A stretch of DNA of 64,000 nucleotides from Streptobacillus moniliformis DSM 12112 (GTDB lineage: Bacteria; Fusobacteriota; Fusobacteriia; Fusobacteriales; Leptotrichiaceae). The stretch spans positions 786,497-850,496 of the forward strand of contig NC_013515.1 of NCBI RefSeq assembly GCF_000024565.1, read 5' to 3'. The notes below the pieces were generated by a model. That model was not told the DNA's origin and searched no databases. It was given only the letters and a program-made list of their open reading frames with translations. Within the stretch, counting starts at the first letter, position 1; each line of letters starts with the position of its first letter. A program made the position numbers and the translations under genes. This document shows, piece by piece, positions 28,492-38,562 of this stretch.

Positions 28492-29025
28492 ATGGGAATA
28501 CCAATAAAAGATGGTTTTAAATTTTTAAAGGGAGCTATAAAGTATCATCCTACAACCAAAGTGCCACTTGAATATATTATTAAAGATGATGCGGTGTGCA
28601 TAACGATATTTGATGAAGACTTAAAAAAAGTATTATTAGTAGAACAATATCGTCCAGGTGTAGATAAGTCCACATTTGAAAATGTTGCAGGTATAATTGA
28701 TCCAGGAGAATCGCCTTATTTTGCGATAAGTAGAGAATTAAAAGAAGAAACAGGATATAATTTTGAAGATATTGTTGATGTAATCTCAATGAAAAATCCT
28801 ATGTTAGTTGATCCATATATGACACAATATATACATTTTTATGCTGGTAGATTAAAATCTAATGAGATTATTCCAGGAGAAACAGATTTTGATGAAGCAG
28901 AGGATATTAAATCGCATTGGATAGAAATTGATCAAATAGAAAATTATTTAATTGATATGAAAACATTGTTATCAGTTAAATATTTTTTACCAATTTTAAA
29001 GAAAATGAGTGTGAAAAATGAATAA
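28492..29025 (+). CDS. NUDIX hydrolase (ADP-ribose pyrophosphatase-like)
   Basis: Nudix box GESPYFAISRELKEETGY. Start at ATG 28492 (AGAGGTG RBS); the track start is GTG 28483. Confidence 0.85.
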   Translation: MGIPIKDGFKFLKGAIKYHPTTKVPLEYIIKDDAVCITIFDEDLKKVLLVEQYRPGVDKSTFENVAGIIDPGESPYFAISRELKEETGYNFEDIVDVISMKNPMLVDPYMTQYIHFYAGRLKSNEIIPGETDFDEAEDIKSHWIEIDQIENYLIDMKTLLSVKYFLPILKKMSVKNE

Positions 29026-30472
29026 TAATTTAGATATGGAAAAATTAACACAAGAAGAAATAGAATTACTTAAACAAGAAATAAAGAGTAGATTAGATCA
29101 TGAAGAGGAAGAAGAATATTTTGAAGAGGATATAGATACTGAAGAAATAGCAGAGGATTTACAAAATTTAGAATCTGAAAAGGAAATAGAAGAATTTGTT
29201 GAAGAACATCATAGTGTTGATATAGCAGATTCATTTTATGAAATTGATGATGATACAGAATTATTAAGAGTATTTAATTTATTCAGTGATGATGTAAAAA
29301 TAGAGTTATTTGAACAATCTGATGAAAAATTACAAGTTAGAATTTTAAATTTACTTGAATTAGATAAAGCTATAGATATTTTAACATATTTACCTCCAGA
29401 TGATGTTGCAGATATATTAGGAACATTAGAATTAAGAAAAAGTAAAGAAATTTTAGATAATATGAAACGTTCTGATGCAAATAAAATAAGATTACTTTTA
29501 GGTTATGAAGATGATACAGCTGGTGGTATAATGACCACACAATATATAGCGTTTAAAAAGAATTTAAAAATTAAAGATATTATGGAAAAGATAAAAATTA
29601 TCGGACCAAAAACAGAATATATAGAAACTATTTTTGTATTAGATGAAGAGGCTAGATTATTTGGAGAAGCAGATTTAAGAGATATATTAATATCTTCTGA
29701 TGATACAACACTTGAAGAAATTACAAACGAAAATATTATTTATGTTGATCCATATTATGACCAAGAGAAAGTTGCACAAATTGTTTCAAGATATGGTTTA
29801 AAAGTAGTGCCTGTCGTAAATAGAAAAGGTAATATGCTTGGAATAATTACGATAGATGACGTTATTGATGTAATTAATGAAGAAAATACTGAAGATATCT
29901 TAAAAATGCATGGAGCAGGGGATGATGAAACTCTTGAGACAACTTTAAAGGATAGTGTTTTAAAAAGATTGCCATGGCTATCTATAAATTTAGTTACAGC
30001 ATTTTTAGCTTCATTTACTGTGGGTCTGTTTTCTAAAACAATAGACGCTGTAGTCGCACTTGCCGTTTCTATGCCTATAGTATCTGGTATGGGTGGAAAT
30101 GCAGGAACTCAAAGTTTGGCTGTTACAATAAGATCTATAGCACTAGATGAAAGTGATAGTGAGGAAACTTGGAAAATTTCAATCAAATATATATTTTTAG
30201 GATTTATAAATGGTATTATATTAGGTATAATATGTGCAATAGCAATATTTTTCTTTTATAGAAATATTTATCTAAGTCTTGTAATATTTTTAGCTATGAT
30301 AGGAAACTGTGTTATAGCTTGCTTAGTAGGATATCTTATACCAGTCGGTCTAAAACTAGCTAAAATTGATCCAGCTATGGCATCAGCAGTAGTTTTAACA
30401 ACAATAACAGATATATGTGGGTTCTTCTTATTTTTAGGACTTGCAACTTTATTTTTAGATAAATTAGTGTAG
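29018..30472 (+). CDS. mgtE: Magnesium transporter MgtE
   Basis: Acidic N-domain, tandem CBS domains, and C-terminal TM domain with GNAGTQSLAVTIRSIAL and ITDICGFFLFLG motifs. Confidence 0.92.
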   Translation: MNNNLDMEKLTQEEIELLKQEIKSRLDHEEEEEYFEEDIDTEEIAEDLQNLESEKEIEEFVEEHHSVDIADSFYEIDDDTELLRVFNLFSDDVKIELFEQSDEKLQVRILNLLELDKAIDILTYLPPDDVADILGTLELRKSKEILDNMKRSDANKIRLLLGYEDDTAGGIMTTQYIAFKKNLKIKDIMEKIKIIGPKTEYIETIFVLDEEARLFGEADLRDILISSDDTTLEEITNENIIYVDPYYDQEKVAQIVSRYGLKVVPVVNRKGNMLGIITIDDVIDVINEENTEDILKMHGAGDDETLETTLKDSVLKRLPWLSINLVTAFLASFTVGLFSKTIDAVVALAVSMPIVSGMGGNAGTQSLAVTIRSIALDESDSEETWKISIKYIFLGFINGIILGIICAIAIFFFYRNIYLSLVIFLAMIGNCVIACLVGYLIPVGLKLAKIDPAMASAVVLTTITDICGFFLFLGLATLFLDKLV

Positions 30473-30479
30473 GTGAATA

Positions 30480-30911
30480 ATGGTTAGATTTATAGTAATA
30501 TTTTTTTTAATGAGTTTAATTATCAATGTAGTTAAAAAGATAATTCAAAACTACAATGATAGGTTTGAAAAAATAGTTGGTATTAATAATGAATTAATTA
30601 TAACCAAGAAAGATTTTTTTACAATAAAAAATATATATGTTGATTTATTTAAGGTAAATAATATTTTAATTAATTCACTTTCTTTTAACTCTACAATAGA
30701 GGGAGCTAGAATAAAAAAGTTTAAAATAATATTAAGTGTTCAAAATAAGGTTATATTTATTAATAATAAAACTAATGTTTTAAAGATTATTAAAGCTATA
30801 AAATTATTAGATGAGAGCTTATATTACAAAGTGCTTGACAAAACTGTATTTGCTTTTTATCCTATTAGACTAACTCTTGAAAAAGAGATGGAGGAGATTA
30901 ATATTGGTTGA
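30480..30911 (+). CDS. Hypothetical protein with N-terminal TM helix
   Basis: 143 aa, no recognised motif. Immediately precedes the DUF45 gene. Confidence 0.35.
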   Translation: MVRFIVIFFLMSLIINVVKKIIQNYNDRFEKIVGINNELIITKKDFFTIKNIYVDLFKVNNILINSLSFNSTIEGARIKKFKIILSVQNKVIFINNKTNVLKIIKAIKLLDESLYYKVLDKTVFAFYPIRLTLEKEMEEINIG

Positions 30912-31575
30912 AAAAATTCTAGGATATGAAGTAGAAAGAAAAAGAGTAAAAAATATAAATTTAAGAATAAGAGATGATTTAACTATATTTATTTCAGCAC
31001 CTATTAATATAGATAAATACTATATTGAACAATTTATTTTATCTAAGAAAAATTGGATAGATAAAAATATAGAAAAGATGAAAGAATATAGGAAAAATAT
31101 TCAAGATGAAACATTAGAAAATGGAACAAAAATTAAATTTTTAGGTAATTATTTTGAAGTTAATGTTATTAAAAATATATATGATAGTGTAATGATTTTG
31201 AATGATAAAATTATATTAAATACTAAAAACGATGATTTTAATTACAAGATAAAATTAATAGAACAATTTTATTATAAAGAAGCAGAAAAAGTATTTAAAG
31301 AGAGAATAGCTATATATTTATCAATAATGAATGAAAATATCAATAGACTTATAATAAAGAAAATTAAAGGTAAATGGGGCTATTGTAAACCAAACGAAAG
31401 AATTATAGCTCTGAATACTAAATTAATCAAAAGATCTTTATTTGAAATAGATTATGTAATAATACATGAATTATCTCATTTAAAACATCCTAATCATAGT
31501 ATAAATTTTTATAGACATATAGAGAAATATATGCAAAATTATAAAGAGGCTGAAAAAAAATTAAAATATAAGTGA
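30904..31575 (+). CDS. DUF45/YgjP-family (M48-like, WLM/SprT-like) zinc metallohydrolase
   Basis: HEXXH motif (VIIHELSHLKHPNHSINFY) and the N-terminal YEVERKRVKNINLRIRDDLTIFISAP pattern typical of YgjP. Start placed at TTG 30904, preceded by GGAGGAG; the track start at 30877 lacks an RBS. Confidence 0.7.
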   Translation: MVEKILGYEVERKRVKNINLRIRDDLTIFISAPINIDKYYIEQFILSKKNWIDKNIEKMKEYRKNIQDETLENGTKIKFLGNYFEVNVIKNIYDSVMILNDKIILNTKNDDFNYKIKLIEQFYYKEAEKVFKERIAIYLSIMNENINRLIIKKIKGKWGYCKPNERIIALNTKLIKRSLFEIDYVIIHELSHLKHPNHSINFYRHIEKYMQNYKEAEKKLKYK

Positions 31576-31585
31576 GGTGGTATTT

Positions 31586-32416
31586 ATGGAAAAAATATAC
31601 AATAGAATTAATATTAAAAGTAGTATTTTAATAATCTCTTCAATAATTATTATTGCAATTACTTCTACGAGTTTTTATACTGTTAATACAGGAGAGGTAG
31701 CAATAATTTCAACATTTGGAAAAGTTAATAAAATTGAAGGAGAAGGTTTAAATTTTAAAATACCTTTTATTCAATCTAAAGATATGTTGGAAATTAGAGA
31801 GAAAATATATGATTTCACAAAAGAAAATGGTGGAGATCTATCGTTAAATGTTTCTACAAAGGATATTCAAACAGTAAATATTGAATTAAATGTACAGGCA
31901 AGTATATCTGATCCAGAAAAATTGTATAAAGCTTTTCGTGGATATCATGAAGCAAGATTTATTAGACCGAGAGTAAGAGAGATAGTTCAAGCAACTATTT
32001 CAAAATACACTGTCGAAGAATTTGTTTCAAAAAGAACAGATATCTCTAAGTTAATATTTGAAAAATTAAAAGATGATTTTGATGTATATGGACTAAATGT
32101 TTCAAATATTTCAATAGTAAACCATGATTTTTCAGATGAATATGAAAGAGCTATAGAACAGAAAAAAATTGCTGAACAAGCAGTCGAAAAAGCAAGATCT
32201 GAACAAGAAAAATTATCTGTAGAGGCAGAAAATAGAGTTAAATTAGCAGAATACAATTTAAAAGAAAAAGAATTACAAGCAAAAGCAAACCAAATTGAAA
32301 GTAATTCATTATCTAAACAATTATTACAAAAAATGGCTATAGAGAAATGGAATGGTGAACTTCCAAAAGTTCAAAATGATTCTTCAGCAATATTAATTAA
32401 CGATGTATTAAAATAG
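31586..32416 (+). CDS. SPFH/band-7 (prohibitin/HflC-like) membrane protein
   Basis: N-terminal TM plus SPFH domain (YTVNTGEVAIISTFGKVNKIEGEGLNFKIPFIQ), coiled-coil C-terminus. Start at ATG 31586 (GAGGTGG RBS). Confidence 0.88.
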   Translation: MEKIYNRINIKSSILIISSIIIIAITSTSFYTVNTGEVAIISTFGKVNKIEGEGLNFKIPFIQSKDMLEIREKIYDFTKENGGDLSLNVSTKDIQTVNIELNVQASISDPEKLYKAFRGYHEARFIRPRVREIVQATISKYTVEEFVSKRTDISKLIFEKLKDDFDVYGLNVSNISIVNHDFSDEYERAIEQKKIAEQAVEKARSEQEKLSVEAENRVKLAEYNLKEKELQAKANQIESNSLSKQLLQKMAIEKWNGELPKVQNDSSAILINDVLK

Positions 32417-32428
32417 AAGGAGATAAAT

Positions 32429-32932
32429 ATGAAAATAAAAATTACTACAAATAAAGGTGAGATAGTATTAAACTTGTTTGAGGAATCAGCTCCAATTACA
32501 GTTGCTAGCTTTATCAATTTAGTTAATAGAGGTTTTTACAACGGGTTAAAGTTTCATAGAGTAATAGAAGATTTTATGGCTCAAGGTGGAGATCCTACTG
32601 GAACAGGTATGGGTGGACCTGGATATATGTTTGGTGATGAATTTTACAACGGATATACTTTTGATAAACCTGGATATCTAGCAATGGCAAATGCAGGACC
32701 AAATACTAATGGATCACAATTTTTCATTACTACTGTAGTTACAGAGTGGCTAAATAATAAGCACACTATATTTGGTGAAGTTAGTTCTGAAAATGATTTA
32801 AATATTGTTAAGTCATTAGTTACTGGAGATGTTATGGAAAAAATTGAGATAATAGAAACTAATGAGGATTATTTAGGAAAAGTTGTAGAAATAATGGCAG
32901 AGTTTAATAGAAAGATAGAGAAATCTATATAG
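32429..32932 (+). CDS. ppiB: Peptidyl-prolyl cis-trans isomerase, cyclophilin type (cytoplasmic)
   Basis: FHRVIEDFMAQGGDPTGTGMGGPGY and NTNGSQFFIT motifs. Confidence 0.93.
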   Translation: MKIKITTNKGEIVLNLFEESAPITVASFINLVNRGFYNGLKFHRVIEDFMAQGGDPTGTGMGGPGYMFGDEFYNGYTFDKPGYLAMANAGPNTNGSQFFITTVVTEWLNNKHTIFGEVSSENDLNIVKSLVTGDVMEKIEIIETNEDYLGKVVEIMAEFNRKIEKSI

Positions 32933-32964
32933 ACCGTTTAGTCTAAATAGTTATTGTATAAAAG

Positions 32965-32991
32965 AAAAGCTATTCATTTGAATAGCTTTTT
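32965..32991. terminator. Bidirectional terminator between ppiB (+) and the deoxynucleoside kinase gene (-)
   Basis: AAGCTATTC-attt-GAATAGCTT, a perfect 9-bp stem with flanking A/T runs. Confidence 0.8.
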
Positions 32992-33616
32992 ATCTTATAT
33001 TATTTTCAAGTTCAGATAATTTTTCATCTATTAATTTTAATATGTATTCTTTATCCTTTTCGTTATTAACAAAATCAATTTCATCTACATTAATAGTAAT
33101 TATTTCAGATATATTATAGTTTTTAAAATATTCTCTATAATGTCTATCTAAGCTTTCCCAATAATATCTAGGAACTATTTGTTCATAATCTCTTCCTCTT
33201 TTTTTGATTTTAGCAAGTGCTGAATCAACAGAAGTTTCTAAATATATCATTAAAGCAGGTTTTTCAACATGTTCTAACATATTAAAAAGTAATTCTTCAT
33301 ATAAATCAAATTCTTCTTGTGTCATATCCCCATCTTCAACTAACATTTTAGAAAATATAACATCCCCATAAATAGATCTATCCATAACACATTTACCAAT
33401 TCTTGATGCATTTTTTATAGCCTGAAATCTTTTATTTAAGAAAAAAATCTGTAAAGGAAAAGACCATCTTTTTCTATCATAATAATATTTATCAAGAATA
33501 GGATTATCGATAACAGGTTCCTCATATAATACAGAATCATATTTCTCTGCCAAAATCTTTCCTAAAGATGATTTACCTACACCAACAACACCATCAACAC
33601 AAATTATTCCTTTCAT
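32990..33616 (-). CDS. Deoxynucleoside kinase (dAK/dGK/dCK family)
   Basis: P-loop ICVDGVVGVGKSSL, ERS-like DRSIYGD, and a C-terminal lid. Start at MKGIICVDG (TAAGGAGTG RBS); the track extends to 33673. Confidence 0.88.
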   Translation of the reverse strand: MKGIICVDGVVGVGKSSLGKILAEKYDSVLYEEPVIDNPILDKYYYDRKRWSFPLQIFFLNKRFQAIKNASRIGKCVMDRSIYGDVIFSKMLVEDGDMTQEEFDLYEELLFNMLEHVEKPALMIYLETSVDSALAKIKKRGRDYEQIVPRYYWESLDRHYREYFKNYNISEIITINVDEIDFVNNEKDKEYILKLIDEKLSELENNIR

Positions 33617-33743
33617 TGTACACTCCTTAATTTTTAATTTTTTAAAATAGTTTTTATAATAATTCTTATGCATTTTTTTAACTCCTACACATATATTTAA
33701 ATAAATTATACCATAATAATGTAATATAAAACAAACTTATTTT

Positions 33744-34604
33744 TTATTTAAATTTATATTCATCTAAATAAAAAAAGTGGTCTTTTTTGAATTTAAATCC
33801 TAGTATTTTTTCAATATTTACATTGAAAGTAGAAGAGAGTATTTTCTTTTTGATATTAGGATTTAGAACAGATAATTGTTTAATAAATTCCTTAGTTTCA
33901 CGTCTTTTACTTGAAGTTTTTTCAGCTGCAACTGTACAGCCACAATTCATTGCTTGAATACCATTATTTTTTACAAATTTAATGATATTTTTTTCTTCAA
34001 TATAAAATAGTGGTCTAATAAGTTCTATATCAAAATTATCGGACTTTAATTTTGGTAACATAGTTTCAAATTTGCCCATATAAAACATTGACATTAGAGT
34101 AGTTTCGACTACATCATCTAAATGATGCCCTAACGCTAATTTATTACAGCCCAGCTCTGTAGCCTTTGAATATAGTGAACCACGACGCATTTTAGCACAC
34201 ATATAACAAGGATAGTCTTTGGCTATTTTACCTGCGATATCAAAAATATTATCATCATATATGTGGCAGGGTATATTTAAATGCTCTAAATTTAACTTTA
34301 AGTTATCGAGATTACGTTGATTAAATCCTGGATTCATTGCAATGAATACAAGCTCAAATTTTGTTTTAGAAGCTCTTTTTAATTCTTGAAATAATTTTGC
34401 AAGTAACAATGAATCCTTACCACCAGATATAGCTACAGCAATTTTATCATTTTCATTTACTAAATCAAAATCTTTTAAAGCCTTGATAAAAGGAGACCAT
34501 AAAAGTTCCCTATATTTCTTTTGTATACTTTTTTCAATTACTTCAAGAGGTTGAAGAGGAACATCTGGAAGTATTAAAGGGCAATCAGTTTGACCTAAAG
34601 ACAT
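33744..34604 (-). CDS. ttcA: tRNA 2-thiocytidine(32) synthetase TtcA-family PP-loop ATPase
   Basis: PP-loop AVAISGGKDSLLLAKL, CxxC pairs (CYMCAKMRRG; CGCT). Start at MSLGQ (GAAAGG RBS). Confidence 0.8.
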   Translation of the reverse strand: MSLGQTDCPLILPDVPLQPLEVIEKSIQKKYRELLWSPFIKALKDFDLVNENDKIAVAISGGKDSLLLAKLFQELKRASKTKFELVFIAMNPGFNQRNLDNLKLNLEHLNIPCHIYDDNIFDIAGKIAKDYPCYMCAKMRRGSLYSKATELGCNKLALGHHLDDVVETTLMSMFYMGKFETMLPKLKSDNFDIELIRPLFYIEEKNIIKFVKNNGIQAMNCGCTVAAEKTSSKRRETKEFIKQLSVLNPNIKKKILSSTFNVNIEKILGFKFKKDHFFYLDEYKFK

Positions 34605-34645
34605 ATTATTACCTTTCTGAATATACATAAGATATATTATCGGAC

Positions 34646-35830
34646 TTAATTTACAATATTAAATAAGATTTCTTTAGCAACTATATCTTTTGTATTTTCT
34701 TTGATTTCAATTTCATTTCCGTTTTTATCAAAAATAAAAACTTTATTATTATCAGAATTAAAACCTATAGCTTTATTTGATATATCATTTAAAACTATGT
34801 AGTCTAATTTTTTGTTAATTAATTTTGCTTTTGCATTTTCTTTTAAATTATTATCTTCAGCAGCAAAACCAATTAGTTTAAATTTTCTTGGTTTAATTTC
34901 AGATAATTTTTTTAATATATCGACATTTAATTCTAATTCTAGTTTTAAATCTTTTAACTTATTTTTCTTTATCTTAGTATCTGAATAATTTTTTATTTTG
35001 AAATCAGACACAGCTGCAACCATGAAAATATAATCTATGTTTTCTATATTATTTAATACTGCTTCATGCATTTCATCTGCATTTTCTATATAAATTATTT
35101 TTGAGATACCATGAGGTGTTTTTAAATCAGGCTTAGTACTTATTAATGTAACATCTGCACCTTGTAATGTTGCTTGTTTAGCTAATGCATAACCCATTTT
35201 ACCGCTTGATTTATTTGTGATATGTCTAACAGTATCTATATTTTCTACAGTTCCTCCAGCTGTAATAAGAATTTTTTTATTCTTAAAAATATCAGTTTTT
35301 TCTATATTAAACATTATTTTATCAACTATAATATCAACTTCAGGTAATTTGCCTAATCCAAAATCACCACAGGCAAGTGACCCTGTTGCAGGTTGAACAA
35401 TGTTATAGTTATTCATTGAAAGTTTCTCTAAATTTCCTTGTAATATTGGATTTAAATACATATTTGTATTCATAGCTGGAAAAATCATAACTTTTCTAGG
35501 ATCGCATACAGATAAAAATGTAGATAGAAAATCATCTGCAATTCCATTTGAAAGCTTTCCAATAATATTATATGTTGCTGGAATAACACAAACTAAATCT
35601 GAATTTTTAGCTATTTCTATATGTGAAACAGATGTTTCATTTTCATCAAACATATTTATATAAACCTTATTTCCTGTTAGTGTTTGAAATAATAATGGTG
35701 AAATAAGTTTTGAAGCATTTTCCGTCATTATAACTTTAATGTTATAGTTATTTTTCTTTAATTTAGAACAAACATCCAACGCTTTATAGCAAGCTATTCC
35801 TGATGTAACTCCTATTACAATATTTTTCAT
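34646..35830 (-). CDS. coaBC: Bifunctional phosphopantothenoylcysteine decarboxylase / phosphopantothenate--cysteine ligase
   Basis: N-terminal flavoprotein (IVIGVTSGIACYKALDV) and C-terminal DFP/CoaB ligase domain (ILITAGGTVENIDTVRHITNKSSGKMG). 394 aa. Confidence 0.92.
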   Translation of the reverse strand: MKNIVIGVTSGIACYKALDVCSKLKKNNYNIKVIMTENASKLISPLLFQTLTGNKVYINMFDENETSVSHIEIAKNSDLVCVIPATYNIIGKLSNGIADDFLSTFLSVCDPRKVMIFPAMNTNMYLNPILQGNLEKLSMNNYNIVQPATGSLACGDFGLGKLPEVDIIVDKIMFNIEKTDIFKNKKILITAGGTVENIDTVRHITNKSSGKMGYALAKQATLQGADVTLISTKPDLKTPHGISKIIYIENADEMHEAVLNNIENIDYIFMVAAVSDFKIKNYSDTKIKKNKLKDLKLELELNVDILKKLSEIKPRKFKLIGFAAEDNNLKENAKAKLINKKLDYIVLNDISNKAIGFNSDNNKVFIFDKNGNEIEIKENTKDIVAKEILFNIVN

Positions 35831-35852
35831 ATTATCACCTCTTATTTAATAA

Positions 35853-35881
35853 TTATACAATATTAACTTTTTAAATTCAAG
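35853..35881 (-). promoter_or_regulatory. Putative sigma70 promoter for coaBC
   Basis: Minus-strand -35 TTGAAT, 17-nt spacer, -10 TATAAT, then RBS AGAGGTGA. Confidence 0.5.
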
Positions 35882-36192
35882 TAAGTTTATTTCTTAAAAC
35901 TTATGTTATTCAAAATAAATCACACTTATAAAAAATTCACGAGCTAAAATCAATTGTTTTTGAAATAAACAAGTATTTACTATGTTTTCATAAAAAATAC
36001 ATAATTTAAACTTTTCACACATCGACTAGTTATTCACATTATACAAAACAGTTTAATTTATCTCTGTTACTTTCATGCAACAACTCAATTATCTTGTTTT
36101 ATTTTTGAAACAAATATTAATAAAGTCTTGATTTTGCAAGGATTATAATATGTTATGTTTTTGTAACTAGACGATTATGAATTTTTAAACAT

Positions 36193-36219
36193 AAAAAAAC
36201 GCCCTGTATCAAGGCGTTA
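36193..36219 (-). terminator. Rho-independent terminator after nnr
   Basis: Minus strand: AACGCC-ttgatacag-GGCGTT followed by T7. Confidence 0.75.
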
Positions 36220-37671
36220 ATCAAAAATTTCTTTCATGTATTTACTTATATTCTCTATAATATCTGTAGGATTAATTATATATTGTTTTTCTCTCAATTT
36301 ATCAGCTATGTATCCATGTAAATATGTTGCTATTATAGCTGATTTTTTTAAATTGTAGCCTTGTGAGTTTAAAGAGGCTATCATCCCTGTTAATACATCT
36401 CCCATTCCAGCATTAGCCATATATGGGTTTCCTGTATCAATTATATAAACTTCTTCACCATCACTAATATATGTATTTTTACCCTTAAGTAATAAAGTTA
36501 CTTTATTTTTTCTTGAATAATCTAGCACAACTTCAATCGGATTTTTTAAAATATGTTCTAAATCTATATTACTAATTTTAGAAAATTATCCTGTATGAGG
36601 TGTTAAAAGTGTTTTTTCAGCATTATTAAAATTTATATTGTTATTTAAAGCTCCTGCATCTATTATTATATCTTTATCATCCTTATACCCTTCAATTATA
36701 TTGTATATAAATTCATTGAAAATCATTCCTGGTCCAATAGCTATTGTTGTTGATTTATTTAAATTATCAATTTCTTTTTCATATATAGCTTCAGGTATAT
36801 TTTTAACAATATTTTCTATTTCAGAATAGTCCGATAATAAATAAGTGTATCCACTTCCACATTTTACACATGATTTAGTTGCTAATTCAGCAGCTCCATA
36901 ATAGTTTTTTGAACCTGCAACAATGTAAGTTTTACCATATGTTGTTTTATTATCTTCCTCTTTTCTCTTTATTTCCATATTTTTTATATCAGATTTTTCT
37001 ACCAAATATATATTTGAGAATTTTTTAAGTTCATTATTAGGTATAATAATATTTGTTATTACTTCTATTTCTCCAGTATTAATTTTACTATTATAGTTTA
37101 AAAATCCTTGCTTATATGTCATAATACTTAACGTTTTATCAGCTTCTATACAAGCTCCATGAGTATTTCCAGATTTTACATCAAGACCAGAAGGTATATC
37201 TATACTATAGACCTTAAATTGAGATAATATTTTATATTTATTTACCTTATAAATCACCTCTTTTATATACTTAGGCAATTCTTTATCAAGTCCTGTACCA
37301 AAAATAGCATCAACAACTATTTCTGTCTTTTGTAAATAAAAATCTAATTTATCGATGTTTTCAATTATTCTTATTCCTAGCAACTCACATCTTTTTATAT
37401 TTCTTTCGCATTCTTTACTGTAATAATCACTCTTTATTTTAAAAACTATTACTTCCTTATTATTTGCATGCAACATTCTTGCTAAAGCATAGCCATCTCC
37501 ACCATTATTACCAAAACCTGCAATAATCAAATATGTTTCATAACTTTTATCTAAAGTTTCATATAGCTTATACACTACATTTTCCATTAATAAATCTTTA
37601 CTAACTTCACACTTAGTTTCTATATATTCATCTATTCTTTGAGTAATTAAAGCATCTCCAATTATTTTCAT
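36217..37671 (-). pseudogene. nnr: Bifunctional NAD(P)H-hydrate epimerase/dehydratase (Nnr, YjeF_N+YjeF_C) interrupted by a single in-frame TAA
   Basis: Track ORFs 36586..37671 (YjeF_N plus the start of YjeF_C, ending LLTPHTG*) and 36217..36528 (rest of YjeF_C with GDVLTG) are in the same frame. They are separated only by TAA at 36586-36588, where the family consensus has Glu (TPHPGE). This implies a GAA-to-TAA change. Confidence 0.8.
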
Positions 37672-38561
37672 AATTCTACCTTTAACTCTTTTAAATACTC
37701 TTTTATTTTTTCTTTTAATTCAGGATGTCTTAATCCAAATTCAACATTAGCCTTAAACATACCAAATTTATCTCCTGTATCGTATCTTAATCCATCAAAT
37801 TCATATGAATAAAGTTTAGATACATTATCTTTTGCCATTTTTAATATTGCAGGTGTTAATTGAATTTCATAATCAATAGTTTTTTCTTCTTTTAAATATT
37901 TAAATATTTGAGGTTCTAAAATATATCTACCTAATGCAGCAAATTCACTTGGTGCATCTTCAATATTTGGTTTTTCAACAAAATCTTCTATTTCATATAT
38001 TTTATCATCTATTTTCTTACTTTGCTTAATGATTCCATATTTGTTTAAATCTCTTCTAGGTACTTTTTGAACACCTATGAAACTTCCACAACCATTTTTT
38101 TCATATGCATCTATAAGTTGTTTAGATACAGGTATTTCTCCTTTTTCCTTATCTGTATATATTATGTCATCCCCTAATAAAATTAAGAAAGGTTCATCTG
38201 CAACAAAAGATTCTGCACATGATATTGCATGCCCAAGTCCTAAAGGTAATTTTTGTCTTACATAGTACATATTAATCATTTTAGAAATATTTTGTACTTC
38301 ATTAAACAATTCTTCTTTACCTTTTTCTTTCAATATAGCTTCTAACTCATAAGAATAATCAAAATGATTTTCTATAGCTTGTTTATTTCTTCCAGTAATT
38401 ATTAAAATTTCTTGTATCCCACTTTCTATAAGTTCCTCTACTAAATACTGTAATGCTGGTTTATCAACAATACTTAACATTTCTTTAGGTTGTGCTTTAG
38501 TAGCAGGTAAAACTCTAGTACCAAGACCAGCAGCAGGTATAATTGCTTTACGAATTTTCAT
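37668..38561 (-). CDS. galU: UTP--glucose-1-phosphate uridylyltransferase
   Basis: MKIRKAIIPAAGLGTRVLPATKAQPKEML and LLGDDII motifs. Confidence 0.93.
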   Translation of the reverse strand: MKIRKAIIPAAGLGTRVLPATKAQPKEMLSIVDKPALQYLVEELIESGIQEILIITGRNKQAIENHFDYSYELEAILKEKGKEELFNEVQNISKMINMYYVRQKLPLGLGHAISCAESFVADEPFLILLGDDIIYTDKEKGEIPVSKQLIDAYEKNGCGSFIGVQKVPRRDLNKYGIIKQSKKIDDKIYEIEDFVEKPNIEDAPSEFAALGRYILEPQIFKYLKEEKTIDYEIQLTPAILKMAKDNVSKLYSYEFDGLRYDTGDKFGMFKANVEFGLRHPELKEKIKEYLKELKVEL

Positions 38562-38562
38562 A

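Noticed and set aside
36586-36588. Alternative genetic code or programmed read-through to explain the in-frame TAA in nnr.
   Set aside because: TAA, TGA and TAG all terminate well-supported genes throughout the window (for example TGA at 437-439, TAG at 15019-15021). A GAA-to-TAA point mutation at a conserved Glu is the simplest explanation.
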